DNA from: an uncultured Actinomycetota bacterium
Lineage (GTDB): Bacteria > Actinomycetota > Actinomycetes > Streptosporangiales > Streptosporangiaceae
DNA length: 64,000 nucleotides
Assembly (NCBI GenBank): GCA_963730435.1
Contig: CAVSRT010000013.1
Location: forward strand, 11,536 to 75,535
Direction: 5' to 3'
A program made the position numbers and the translations under genes. This document shows positions 56,018 to 64,000 of the stretch, piece after piece. Under the pieces are notes generated by a model that saw nothing but the letters and a program-made list of their open reading frames with translations, did no database searches and was not told the DNA's origin. The stretch's first letter is position 1; each line of letters begins with the position of its first letter.

Positions 56018-57949
56018 CTAGCGCGGATCGCCGGGGCTGACCGCCGCGCAGACCGCGCGCAGCAGGTCGATGTCTGGCAGTTCGTCGAGCAGGACCGGGC
56101 GGCCGCTGTCGTCGCAGAGCGGCAGCCGCCAGTTGGGGTACTCGTCGCGCGTGCCGGGGATGTTCTGCGTCCGCCGGTCGCCGACGGCATCGGCCAGCGA
56201 CACCCCGAGGAGCAACGCCGGCGTCTTGCGCAGGTAGCCATAGAGAGCGACCGTGTACTCGGCGGGGTCGGGCTCATGATCGGCGGCCAGTAGTCCTTCC
56301 GCGACAAGGGCCGCGCGCCAGCGAGCCAACATCGCGTCGGAATCAGCCCGTTCCTGGTCCTCAGAGGTTTTCAGCAATCCCAGCCGCGCTCGCACGGTCA
56401 CCTGCTCGCCGGTGACGAAGCCGAAGACCGGTGGCACGTCGTGAGTACCGACGGTCGCCATGCAGCCACGTCGCCACTGCGCCGGTTGCAGCGGCGTCGT
56501 GCCATCGCCGGTGTGCGCGAACCAGAGCATCATCGTGCCGAGGATGCCGTTTTCGGCCATGTAGTCGCGAACCCAAGGGTCGACCGTGCCGAGGTCCTCG
56601 CCGATGGCGACGGCATCAGCGCGGGCTGCCGCGGCAACGAGCGCCCCAACCGATGACTGGTGGCGGTAGTAGACATAGGCGCCACGGTCGGGCAGCTGAC
56701 CGGATGGCACCCACCACAGCCGCGTCAGGCCCATGAAGTGATCGACGCGCAGTCCGCCGCCGTGCCGCAGTGCCGCGGCGAACATCTCGGCAAGCGGGCG
56801 GTAGCCGGCCTCGGCGAGGGCGCGCGGGTTCCACGGCGGCTGTCCCCAGTCCTGGCCGAGCTGGTTGAAACCATCGGGCGGCGCACCGACGCTGAATCCC
56901 GCGGCCAGGAACCGGCCGTACGCCCAGGCGTCGGCGCCGCCAGGGTGCGAGCCCACAGCAAGATCGTGGATGATGCCGTGCGCCATGCCCGCCGCCTTGG
57001 CCGCGTCCTCTGCCATCGCGAGCTGCTCGTCCGCGTGCCACTGCAGCCAGGCGTGGAACGCGGCGGCAGCGCTCAGCTTGGTATCGCCGGCCACGACCTC
57101 CGCGGCCCGGCCCGGATCAGTTAGCTCCTCGGGCCAGCTCCGCGAGTCCGGACCGTGTGCCTCCGCCAGGGCGCACCAGACGGACCAGCGCTCAAGGTCA
57201 CGGCCGCGTTCGGCCCGGAAGTCCTCATAGGCGCGCTGCCGGGACTCGGTCAGCGGGACCTTGCTGATCAGCTCGAGGGCCGCGCGCTTGGCCGTCCAGA
57301 CCGCGTCCCTGTCGATGAGGTCGGCGGTATGGTTCGCGGCGCGCAGCGGGGCGGCGAGCAGGTCGATCGCGCGCTTGTCCTGCGCCGGGAGCGCACCGTA
57401 CTCCAGGATGTCCTCCACCCTGAGATATAGCGGGCTAGTGAACAAGCGCGTCATCGGCAGGTACGGCGAGGGGCTGACCGGCGGCAGCGGCTCGGCCGCG
57501 TGCAGCGGGTTGATGAGCACGAACCCGGCGCCCAGCTCGGCCGCGCTCCACCTCGCCAGGCTTGCCAGGTCATGCAGGTCGCCGTGGCCCCAGGAGTCCC
57601 TCGACCGGATCGAGTACAGCTGAACGGCGAAGCCCCACTGCCGCTCGGCAGGCAAGCTGAGGCGCGGCGGACTTTTGTGCTGAGCGTCGGGCCCGGACTT
57701 TCCAGGCGCGGATTGGCCGGGCGCCGACTGGCCGGGCCCGGACTGGCCGGGCCCGGATCGGCTGGCCTGGTATCCGCGGTCCGCCGGTCCGTCGAGCTCC
57801 GCGCCATCCAGCGGGGGCGTCTGCTCGAGAACCTCGAGAATCGCCGCCAGAGTCTCGGACGGCACCTCCACATGCTGGCCGCGCCAGTTGTAGTAATCCG
57901 TCGCAATTCCGGCATCTCGCGCGGACTCGATGAGCTCTGGGTCGGTCAC
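56018..57949 (-). CDS. malQ: 4-alpha-glucanotransferase (amylomaltase, GH77) with an in-frame (GQSGP)n insertion
   Basis: GH77 catalytic regions (..HFMGLTRLWWVP.., ..IGEDLGTV.., ..GTHD..). The N-terminus MTDPELIESARDAGIATDYYNWRGQHVEV matches the amylomaltase start, so the GTG 31 codons inside the track ORF is chosen. Confidence 0.85.
   Translation of the reverse strand: MTDPELIESARDAGIATDYYNWRGQHVEVPSETLAAILEVLEQTPPLDGAELDGPADRGYQASRSGPGQSGPGQSAPGQSAPGKSGPDAQHKSPPRLSLPAERQWGFAVQLYSIRSRDSWGHGDLHDLASLARWSAAELGAGFVLINPLHAAEPLPPVSPSPYLPMTRLFTSPLYLRVEDILEYGALPAQDKRAIDLLAAPLRAANHTADLIDRDAVWTAKRAALELISKVPLTESRQRAYEDFRAERGRDLERWSVWCALAEAHGPDSRSWPEELTDPGRAAEVVAGDTKLSAAAAFHAWLQWHADEQLAMAEDAAKAAGMAHGIIHDLAVGSHPGGADAWAYGRFLAAGFSVGAPPDGFNQLGQDWGQPPWNPRALAEAGYRPLAEMFAAALRHGGGLRVDHFMGLTRLWWVPSGQLPDRGAYVYYRHQSSVGALVAAAARADAVAIGEDLGTVDPWVRDYMAENGILGTMMLWFAHTGDGTTPLQPAQWRRGCMATVGTHDVPPVFGFVTGEQVTVRARLGLLKTSEDQERADSDAMLARWRAALVAEGLLAADHEPDPAEYTVALYGYLRKTPALLLGVSLADAVGDRRTQNIPGTRDEYPNWRLPLCDDSGRPVLLDELPDIDLLRAVCAAVSPGDPR
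57655..57790. repeat. 15-bp tandem repeat (GGCCGGGCCCGGACT)n inside malQ, encoding SGPGQSGPGQSAPGQSAPGKSGP
   Basis: Direct reading of the plus strand 57660-57790. Confidence 0.75.
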
Positions 57950-58007
57950 ACAGTGATGATTGACCCGCTGGCCATCACTTAATCGGGCCGGCCCACCCTC
58001 CGCATCA

Positions 58008-58065
58008 TGATCCTGAAGACTTTGCGTGCGCCACGGACGCAAACGCTACGTCCTGAGGTGCGGAG
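58008..58065 (+). promoter_or_regulatory. copy B of the about 55-nt nested-palindrome element (CATGATCCTGAAGACTTTGCGTGCGCCACGGACGCAAACGCTACGTCCTGAGGTG) in the malQ/DUF559 divergent region
   Basis: Shares CATGATCCYGAAGACTTTGCGT...ACGCAAAC with copy A at 24239-24295. The central 9 nt are the reverse complement of copy A, and the outer arms co-vary. Confidence 0.5.
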
Positions 58066-58071
58066 CCCGAT

Positions 58072-59082
58072 TTGTCAGACCTTACGGGCACGCTACGTGC
58101 CATGGCTGAGCAGTTATCCGACGAATTACGCGACCTGGCCGAGCAGCAGCGCGGCATTTTGACCAGCCAGCAGCTCAGGCGCGCCGGCGTATCCAGGAAC
58201 ACGATCAGCGCGAAACTTCGGCTGGGCCGCTGGCAGCGGATGCACCACGGTGTCTACGCAACCTTCACCGGGGAACCAGGCAGGCTAGCCGTCTTGTGGG
58301 CCGCAGCGCTGAGCGCTGGTCCGGGCGCCGTGCTCAGCCATCAGACGGCCGCGGAGTTAGCGGGACTGAGTGCAAAGCCGAGCGAGCTCATTCACATCAC
58401 TGTTCCGAGTCACCGGCGCGTGCGCCGGACGCTGGGCATCGTCATCCACCTCTCGGCCAGGGCTCTCGAAGCCAGGCATCCGGCTAAGCTGCCGCCGCAG
58501 ACTCGCATCGAGGAGACTGTGCTGGACCTGGTCGACGGCGCTCGCACCATCGACGTAGCGGGTGCGTGGCTCACTCGCGGGCTCGGCAGCCGACTGACGA
58601 CGCAGGCCAAATTACGTCAGGCCCTGGAGCTGCGAGCCAGGATTCGCTGGCGGTCAGAGCTGACCGAACTGCTGACTCCGGATGCAGCTGGATTGCACTC
58701 CATCCTGGAGCGGCGATATCAGCGCGACGTCGAGCGACCGCATGGGCTGCCGGGGGCGGCGCGCCAGGTCCAGTTTCGCAACGGCGACCACAACGAGTAC
58801 CGCGATGTTCTGTACGAGGCCTATCTGACGGCGGTCGAGCTCGACGGAGATGCTACGCACGCCGGGGACAGTCGCTGGTGGGATATTCGGCGCGACAATG
58901 CGGCGGCTGCGACCGGAATCGTAACCATGCGATACGGCTGGTTCGACGTCACCCAAAAGCCATGCCTGGTCGCGGCACAGGTCGCACGGGTACTCGCCGA
59001 GCGCGGATTCGCTGGAGCACGTCCTTGCTCGGCTGGCTGTCCCGTCGGGGAGGTCAGCCAGCAGCGTCGGCCGCCCGCATAG
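58072..59082 (+). CDS. DUF559 (PD-(D/E)xK-like) domain protein with AbiEi_4-like N-terminal wHTH
   Basis: The N-terminus QQRGILTSQQLRRAGVSRNTISAKLRLGRWQRMHHGVYA is typical of the AbiEi/DUF559 family. C-terminal motifs ..DVLYE..VELDG..H. The real start is possibly ATG 10 codons in. Confidence 0.55.
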   Translation: MSDLTGTLRAMAEQLSDELRDLAEQQRGILTSQQLRRAGVSRNTISAKLRLGRWQRMHHGVYATFTGEPGRLAVLWAAALSAGPGAVLSHQTAAELAGLSAKPSELIHITVPSHRRVRRTLGIVIHLSARALEARHPAKLPPQTRIEETVLDLVDGARTIDVAGAWLTRGLGSRLTTQAKLRQALELRARIRWRSELTELLTPDAAGLHSILERRYQRDVERPHGLPGAARQVQFRNGDHNEYRDVLYEAYLTAVELDGDATHAGDSRWWDIRRDNAAAATGIVTMRYGWFDVTQKPCLVAAQVARVLAERGFAGARPCSAGCPVGEVSQQRRPPA

Positions 59083-59175
59083 CCGAATCTGCGTCGCCCT
59101 CGACGGAATCTGAGTTGCCCCTGGGCCCGAATGGTGCGCCAGGCTCGGCCGGTGACCCAGCGGCGCAGCTCCAGC

Positions 59176-59682
59176 TCAGTCCTTAACTGGGCGCGGCGTC
59201 ACGGCGCGCCCAGCCCAGTAACCGGTCAGGGCCAGGACAACGCTGACGAGCACGGTCACGGCCATGCCGGCAGCGGCGTAACCAGGCAGCCCGAGCAGCG
59301 CGGCGATCACCCGCGCGACCGCCCCGTACGGCTGGCCGCGGAGCACGCCGTACCACAGCGGCACGGCCCAGCCGGCCGCGGCCATGACCGCGACCGCAAA
59401 GACCGCGACATGCGTGCGCCAGGCACCGACCCAGTTCGCCAGGCCGGCCAGCACCCCGACGAAGAACGGGACGAACCACCAGCCCGCGAAGGCCGTCGCC
59501 ATGATGATCAGCGCGCCGGCCAGCAGCGCGAGCAGCCAGGTCGACGTCGGCCAGCGATGGTCAGGCCGGATGAACTTTGGCTGGAACGGGGCGGGCGGCA
59601 GCTGACGCTTAATCCCCTTCGCGCGAAGCTGCCCGAGCCGGTAAGCCCCGTTCTTGCCGAGCCGCCTGAATTCAGTGGTCAC
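59176..59682 (-). CDS. hypothetical membrane protein (4 TM helices)
   Basis: Start overlaps the stop of the upstream penicillin-acylase gene. Hydrophobic segments WLLALLAGALIIMATAFAGWWFVPFFVGVLAGL etc. Confidence 0.5.
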   Translation of the reverse strand: MTTEFRRLGKNGAYRLGQLRAKGIKRQLPPAPFQPKFIRPDHRWPTSTWLLALLAGALIIMATAFAGWWFVPFFVGVLAGLANWVGAWRTHVAVFAVAVMAAAGWAVPLWYGVLRGQPYGAVARVIAALLGLPGYAAAGMAVTVLVSVVLALTGYWAGRAVTPRPVKD

Positions 59683-62404
59683 GGTCGCAGCTCCCAGACG
59701 GCGGTTCCGTTGACTGGGCCGGGGGCAGCCGCGGCATCGGCAGGTAAGTACCTGCCCACCAGTCCCCGACGAAGTTGGCGTACCACGGCGAAGCCGGATC
59801 CTCGCTCTGACCGCCCGGATAGACAGCCTCGGCGATCGGCTGGCCGGACTTGGACCATCCGGCGATCATCCGCCAGCTCGGCCCGATGTCGGAGGTCATC
59901 CCGCCCGCCGCAGCGTCCACCGTCCACAGGTCCCCGCTTGCCGGCCGCGGGCCATATCCGAGCGCCACCGCCCGGGCCAGCGACGGGAACTGCCGAGTGT
60001 GCAGCCTGCCCCACTGCCACCGGCCAGGGCCACCGCCCAGCATGAGCGAGAGTTGCTGCACAGCAGACAAGAAGGCCCTGACCATGACGACCTGAGCGGG
60101 CGTCGCGGCCGGCAGTGTCTTGCGAGCTCGCGGCGACGTAGCTGGCGCCGCTTTGGAAGCCTGGGGCGTGGCGGACGCCGATGCCCAGTCCGGTGGTGCG
60201 GGCGAGGTCGGGGTCACCGGCGGCGCAGAGAACACGGCGTTCTGCTGGTCACCGAGCGTCAACGTCTCGAGCACCTCGTCGAGGCTGAACTGACCAGGCC
60301 CGATCGCCAATCCCGCCGGGTCCAGGCGCACCGGCACCTTCGCCGCGGTCCACCATGGCCGGAACACATCCGTCAGGTAGTCGGTCCAGAACGTCCACCA
60401 GATCGAGGCCGCGCCCGAGGTGACGTCCATCTGCCCGTTCCACGACGCGAGCGACTGCTGCGCCATCTGCTGGAGCGGTGTCAGCTTCAGGCTCCGCTGC
60501 TGCCCGAGCTTGAGCGCCGCGAGCAGCTTCGGCACGATCTCCTGGGCCAGGCGATCACCGAGACCACCCTGGAGCGACGCGAAGCTGGCCGGCCCCATCG
60601 ACCAGTGCCTGCTGAGGAAGGCGTACTCCTCGTCAGCCCGGTACCCGGGGTCAAAAAAGCTGGCGGTCGTCCCGAGGTAGTACGGATAGGAGCGGGCAAC
60701 CGGCCGCTGATTCGCCGTCGCGATCACGTGCGAGGACGGGTCGTAGACCTGCGGCACGGCCGCGTACGGGATGACGCCGGCGATGTCGTCGGTGCCCGTT
60801 CCCGGTAGAGGCAGCCACGGGTCACCCTCGCGGACCTGCGGGTAGTAGCCGGCCGAGATCGCGCCGATGTTGCCGTGATCGTCGGCGTAGACGAAGTTCA
60901 GCGCCGGTGCCCGCCAGTTCGCCAGGGCGGCCCGGAACTGGCTGAAGTCCCCGGCCGACTCGATTCCGAGCAGTACCTGGAGATCCGGCGAGCCAACCGC
61001 GCCCATCCAGTCGACCGCGACCGTCTGGCCCGCTCGCGTCAGCACGGGCCCGTGCACCGTCTCCTCGACGTAGACCTGCCTGGCCGTGCCGCCACGTACC
61101 GGGACCGTGTAGTGCAGGACCTGCATCTGCCGCCACTGACCGCGCCAGAAGTACTGCCGTGGCCGCGCGCGGCTGGTCTGCTCGGCGTAGAACAGCGTGG
61201 CCTGGCTCTGCGTATCGGTCAGCGACCAGGCGATGTGCGCGTTGTGGCCGATCAGGATGCCGGGCAGGCCAGGCACGCTGACGCCCGAAACCGCCAGGCC
61301 TGGCGCCGACAGCGCGACCTGGTACCAGACTGACGGCAGTGTCTGCGGCAGGTGCGGATCGCCGGCCAGCAGAGCACCGCCCCCGGCGACCTTCGGGCCG
61401 TTCGCCGCCCACGCGTTGCTGGCAGGCGCGGTGTATAGCTGACCGGCCGGCAGTCCGCTCGTCTGGGCGAGTACCGCCGCCGCGGCCTTCGCCAGGCTGG
61501 CCGGGACGCCGGCTGGCTGACCACCGCGCGCACCGCGCCGCAGCCACGCCCGCAGCCGCACCGCCCGCGTAGCTGCACCGCCGGCGGCCGGGCTTGCCGC
61601 GACCGCCTGCACGCCGGCGATCGGCGCGAGGCCCAGATTGCGATACGGGCCCGGGTCATACGGGCTCTGCTGGTTCGGCGGCAGGACGCCGAACCACTGC
61701 ATGGTCTGCTGCCGGCCGAGCGACCGGACAAGCAGCGCGTAGTCGAGCGGCGTCGTGGTGAAGTCCAGCTCCTGCGTCAGGTCACCCTGCACGGCCAGGC
61801 TGTCGACCGGGGTCCAGTTCGCCGGGTACACGCCGGCCAGCGAGAACTCCGCGGGCCAGTGCCCGCTAGCCCGAACCTGCGCCAGGTAGTCGTTCACGCC
61901 ACGCGAGTAGGCAAGCAGCGCCCGGGCGGCCGGGCTCGATGGCGGCATGGCCGCCCATTCCCGCTGCGCCGTGCGCAGCAGCCCGAGCCGCAGCTCGAAC
62001 GTATCGGAGGCGACGGCGGTCGAGCCTTCGAGCTGAGCGAGGCGGCCTTCGGCGAGTCGGCGTTCGAGGTCCATCTCGGTGAGCCGGAACTCCGCATGCA
62101 CGTACCCGAGGGCGAGGTAGGCGTCCTCGTCGGAGCGCGCCGTGACGGAGGCGAGCCCCTGCTTGGTGAAGGCGACTCGGACCGGTCCCGTCAAGCCGGC
62201 CAGCGTTAGCGTCTGCGACCTGGGCAGCCTGGCGCTGGCTGCCGAGGTCCAGGCGCCATGTCCCGGCACCAGGGCGCGGCCGAGCGCAGGCACGGCGGCG
62301 AAGCCCGCGCCGAGCAGCCCGAGCAGGCAGGCCGACACCGTGAGCGCCGCTAGCCCGTTGCCGATCTGAAGCGCCTGCCGGACGCGGCGCGCATCGGCCT
62401 TCAA
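59672..62404 (-). CDS. penicillin acylase (penicillin amidase, Ntn-hydrolase) family protein
   Basis: 910 aa. The N-terminal signal/TM, alpha-subunit region (GYVHAEFRLTEMD) and the autoproteolytic Ser-Asn (..APASNAWAANG..) are typical of PF01804. Confidence 0.8.
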   Translation of the reverse strand: MKADARRVRQALQIGNGLAALTVSACLLGLLGAGFAAVPALGRALVPGHGAWTSAASARLPRSQTLTLAGLTGPVRVAFTKQGLASVTARSDEDAYLALGYVHAEFRLTEMDLERRLAEGRLAQLEGSTAVASDTFELRLGLLRTAQREWAAMPPSSPAARALLAYSRGVNDYLAQVRASGHWPAEFSLAGVYPANWTPVDSLAVQGDLTQELDFTTTPLDYALLVRSLGRQQTMQWFGVLPPNQQSPYDPGPYRNLGLAPIAGVQAVAASPAAGGAATRAVRLRAWLRRGARGGQPAGVPASLAKAAAAVLAQTSGLPAGQLYTAPASNAWAANGPKVAGGGALLAGDPHLPQTLPSVWYQVALSAPGLAVSGVSVPGLPGILIGHNAHIAWSLTDTQSQATLFYAEQTSRARPRQYFWRGQWRQMQVLHYTVPVRGGTARQVYVEETVHGPVLTRAGQTVAVDWMGAVGSPDLQVLLGIESAGDFSQFRAALANWRAPALNFVYADDHGNIGAISAGYYPQVREGDPWLPLPGTGTDDIAGVIPYAAVPQVYDPSSHVIATANQRPVARSYPYYLGTTASFFDPGYRADEEYAFLSRHWSMGPASFASLQGGLGDRLAQEIVPKLLAALKLGQQRSLKLTPLQQMAQQSLASWNGQMDVTSGAASIWWTFWTDYLTDVFRPWWTAAKVPVRLDPAGLAIGPGQFSLDEVLETLTLGDQQNAVFSAPPVTPTSPAPPDWASASATPQASKAAPATSPRARKTLPAATPAQVVMVRAFLSAVQQLSLMLGGGPGRWQWGRLHTRQFPSLARAVALGYGPRPASGDLWTVDAAAGGMTSDIGPSWRMIAGWSKSGQPIAEAVYPGGQSEDPASPWYANFVGDWWAGTYLPMPRLPPAQSTEPPSGSCDRDH

Positions 62405-62565
62405 CCGGTCATCCCGTGCCCCCGCATCCTGAGGTGACCTACCGGCAGTTATCGCCGGTACACCGAATGTTAAGAGGGGCGAGCGCAGGGGCCGTGGGCG
62501 CCCGGTGGTTGTTTACCTGCGGCAGAAGGTCTGACTGCGTGAACCGGAAAGACCTCGGCCGGTGG

Positions 62566-64000
62566 TCACTCCCCGGACTGGTGCAGCAGGTCGAGGAACC
62601 TCGCGACGATCGGACCGTCAGTCGGGCCGCCCTCACCGCCATCAACCGTGACCATGGCAAATGCGATATCGGTGCTGACAACGTCATTGTTGAAGCCGAC
62701 GAGCCAGGCATCGGTGGGCAGCGGACTCCCATGCCCGTACTGCGCGGTGCCGGTCTTGGCGTACGTACCTGGCGGCAGGCCCTTGCCCGCGGCGGTGCCC
62801 GACGCGACGACCCGGGCCATCATCTCGTGCAGGCCCGTGACAACGGCGGATGGCAGCGGGGCGGGCAGCGCACCGTTGCTGGCCGCACTCGCCACGAGCG
62901 AGGCAGCTCGCACCTGGCCGGTATCGACGGCGGCCGCGACGATCGCCATGTTCAGCGGTGACACCAGCACGCGGCCCTGGCCGATCGCGGTCGCGGCGAG
63001 GTCCGCGAGATCTGACGGCGCCGGGACCGAGCCGGCGAACGCCGGCAGCCCGATCGAAGGCGTTATGCCGATCAGATACCGTGCGGCCGTCCTGGTGAAG
63101 TCGGCAGCGATCAGGTCCCGCGTGGCCAGCCTGATGAAGGCTGTGTTGCAAGACTCGGCGAACGCATGCAGCAGGTCGCTGACCTGGCCCTCACCCTCGG
63201 CGTTGTGGAAGATCTCGCCGTCGATGTCGAGCTGTGTCGGGCACGAAGCCGGCGAGGACGGCGTCAGCCCGTGCTCGAGCAGCGCCGTGGACGTCAGCAC
63301 TTTGAACGAGGAACCTGGCGGGAACGAGCCATCCAGCGCCAGGTTGAATCCACCGCCCGCCGGCACGCTGACCGAGGCGAGTACCTGTCCGGTGCTCGCG
63401 TTGACGGCGACCAGGGCCGCCTGCTTGTGCATGCCCGACAGGGCCTTCTCGGCGTCCGCCTGCACCGCCGGGTCGATGCTCGTCTGCACCGGGGTGCCAG
63501 GGCGCGGGCTCAGCTCTGCCACCGTGCCGACGGTCGCGCCGGCCGGGCTGACCGCCGTGATCGTGGCGCCCGGCCGACCAGCGAGCTCACGCTGGTAGGC
63601 GAGCTCCAGGCCAGTCTGGCCGACCACGCTAGCCGCGGTGTACGGCGTGCCCAGCGTCTGCAGCTGCTGCGCAGTGACCGGGCCCACGGACCCGACCACG
63701 TAGGTCAGGTCCGGCGTGAGCGGTGCGCGCTGGTGAATCGTCTGGAACACAGTGCCGGGAACGGGGTAGATCGTCGGCGCCAGCTTCTGATAGTGCGCCA
63801 GGCTCACCGTCACGACCGGCTCGAACCAGCTCGGCTCCTTCTTCGCGCCGGCCAGCGCGGAGTCGATGGCCTGGGTCGTCGCGCCAGCCGTCAGCAGCGC
63901 GGCGCGCACCACGGACTCCTTCTTGATGCGCTGGCCCTCGACGCCGACCGTCACCATCGCCGCCTGCGTCGTGAGCGGCGCGCCGCCCGCGCCCAGTATC
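62566..64000 (-). CDS. penicillin-binding protein (transpeptidase domain), 5'-partial at window end
   Basis: SxxK (GSSFKV), SxN (SCN) and KTG(T) motifs. The frame stays open upstream of the first Met to the window edge. Confidence 0.75.
   Translation of the reverse strand, partial: ILGAGGAPLTTQAAMVTVGVEGQRIKKESVVRAALLTAGATTQAIDSALAGAKKEPSWFEPVVTVSLAHYQKLAPTIYPVPGTVFQTIHQRAPLTPDLTYVVGSVGPVTAQQLQTLGTPYTAASVVGQTGLELAYQRELAGRPGATITAVSPAGATVGTVAELSPRPGTPVQTSIDPAVQADAEKALSGMHKQAALVAVNASTGQVLASVSVPAGGGFNLALDGSFPPGSSFKVLTSTALLEHGLTPSSPASCPTQLDIDGEIFHNAEGEGQVSDLLHAFAESCNTAFIRLATRDLIAADFTRTAARYLIGITPSIGLPAFAGSVPAPSDLADLAATAIGQGRVLVSPLNMAIVAAAVDTGQVRAASLVASAASNGALPAPLPSAVVTGLHEMMARVVASGTAAGKGLPPGTYAKTGTAQYGHGSPLPTDAWLVGFNNDVVSTDIAFAMVTVDGGEGGPTDGPIVARFLDLLHQSGE

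Noticed and set aside
57949-58042. Track-ORF N-terminal extension of MalQ (MRPWRTQSLQDHDAEGG...)
   Set aside because: The extension is the translation of the repeated palindromic element, and an almost identical peptide (..RTQSLRDH..) appears by the same mechanism at 24288. True amylomaltase N-termini align from MTDPELIESA.

Overview
This window is a very high-GC (I estimate roughly 70% G+C) chromosomal segment from an actinomycete, probably a Streptomyces- or Frankia-like organism. Coding density is high, with about 55 protein genes and no rRNA, tRNA, CRISPR or clear mobile element.

Recognisable content:
- A complete conservon (cvnA-D-like: NIT/HAMP/HATPase sensor, roadblock/LC7, DUF742 and a small GTPase) with a membrane PP2C phosphatase next to it.
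- A minus-strand operon of an HpnE-like FAD oxidase, a squalene-hopene-cyclase homolog whose catalytic DXDDTA motif is degenerate (VVADTA), and a MacB/FtsX-type ABC exporter.
- A stand-alone alanyl-tRNA synthetase catalytic-fragment paralog carrying an in-frame GEPGR repeat.
- A flotillin/NfeD pair, a GAF-PP2C-HATPase fusion and a MurJ with a long C-terminal extension.
- Housekeeping or ordinary genes: pepN, malQ, rpiB, an AAA+ ATPase, a sulfotransferase-SDR-DUF1214-NTF2 cassette facing an LLM(F420)-cupin pair, a siderophore-interacting protein with a PBP-like protein, a penicillin acylase with a PBP, several GNATs, and a PadR-membrane pair.

At the nucleotide level:
- A ~55-nt nested palindromic element occurs twice (about 24.24 kb and 58.01 kb) with compensatory arm changes.
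- A KstR/TetR-like GAAC-N2-GTTC palindrome sits in a divergent promoter.
- An ACATATGT direct repeat of palindromes sits at the PadR start.
- A clean bidirectional terminator follows a lower-GC 0.7-kb leader plus a His-rich secreted-protein gene.
- Many 15/18-nt tandem repeats occur, several in frame inside genes.
- Three conserved genes (yciI-like, fabV, pepN) show apparent single-base frameshifts, which may be pseudogenes or assembly indels.

Coordinates of alternative starts were derived by codon offset from the supplied ORF track. Nucleotide-level motif coordinates are approximate, within a few nt.
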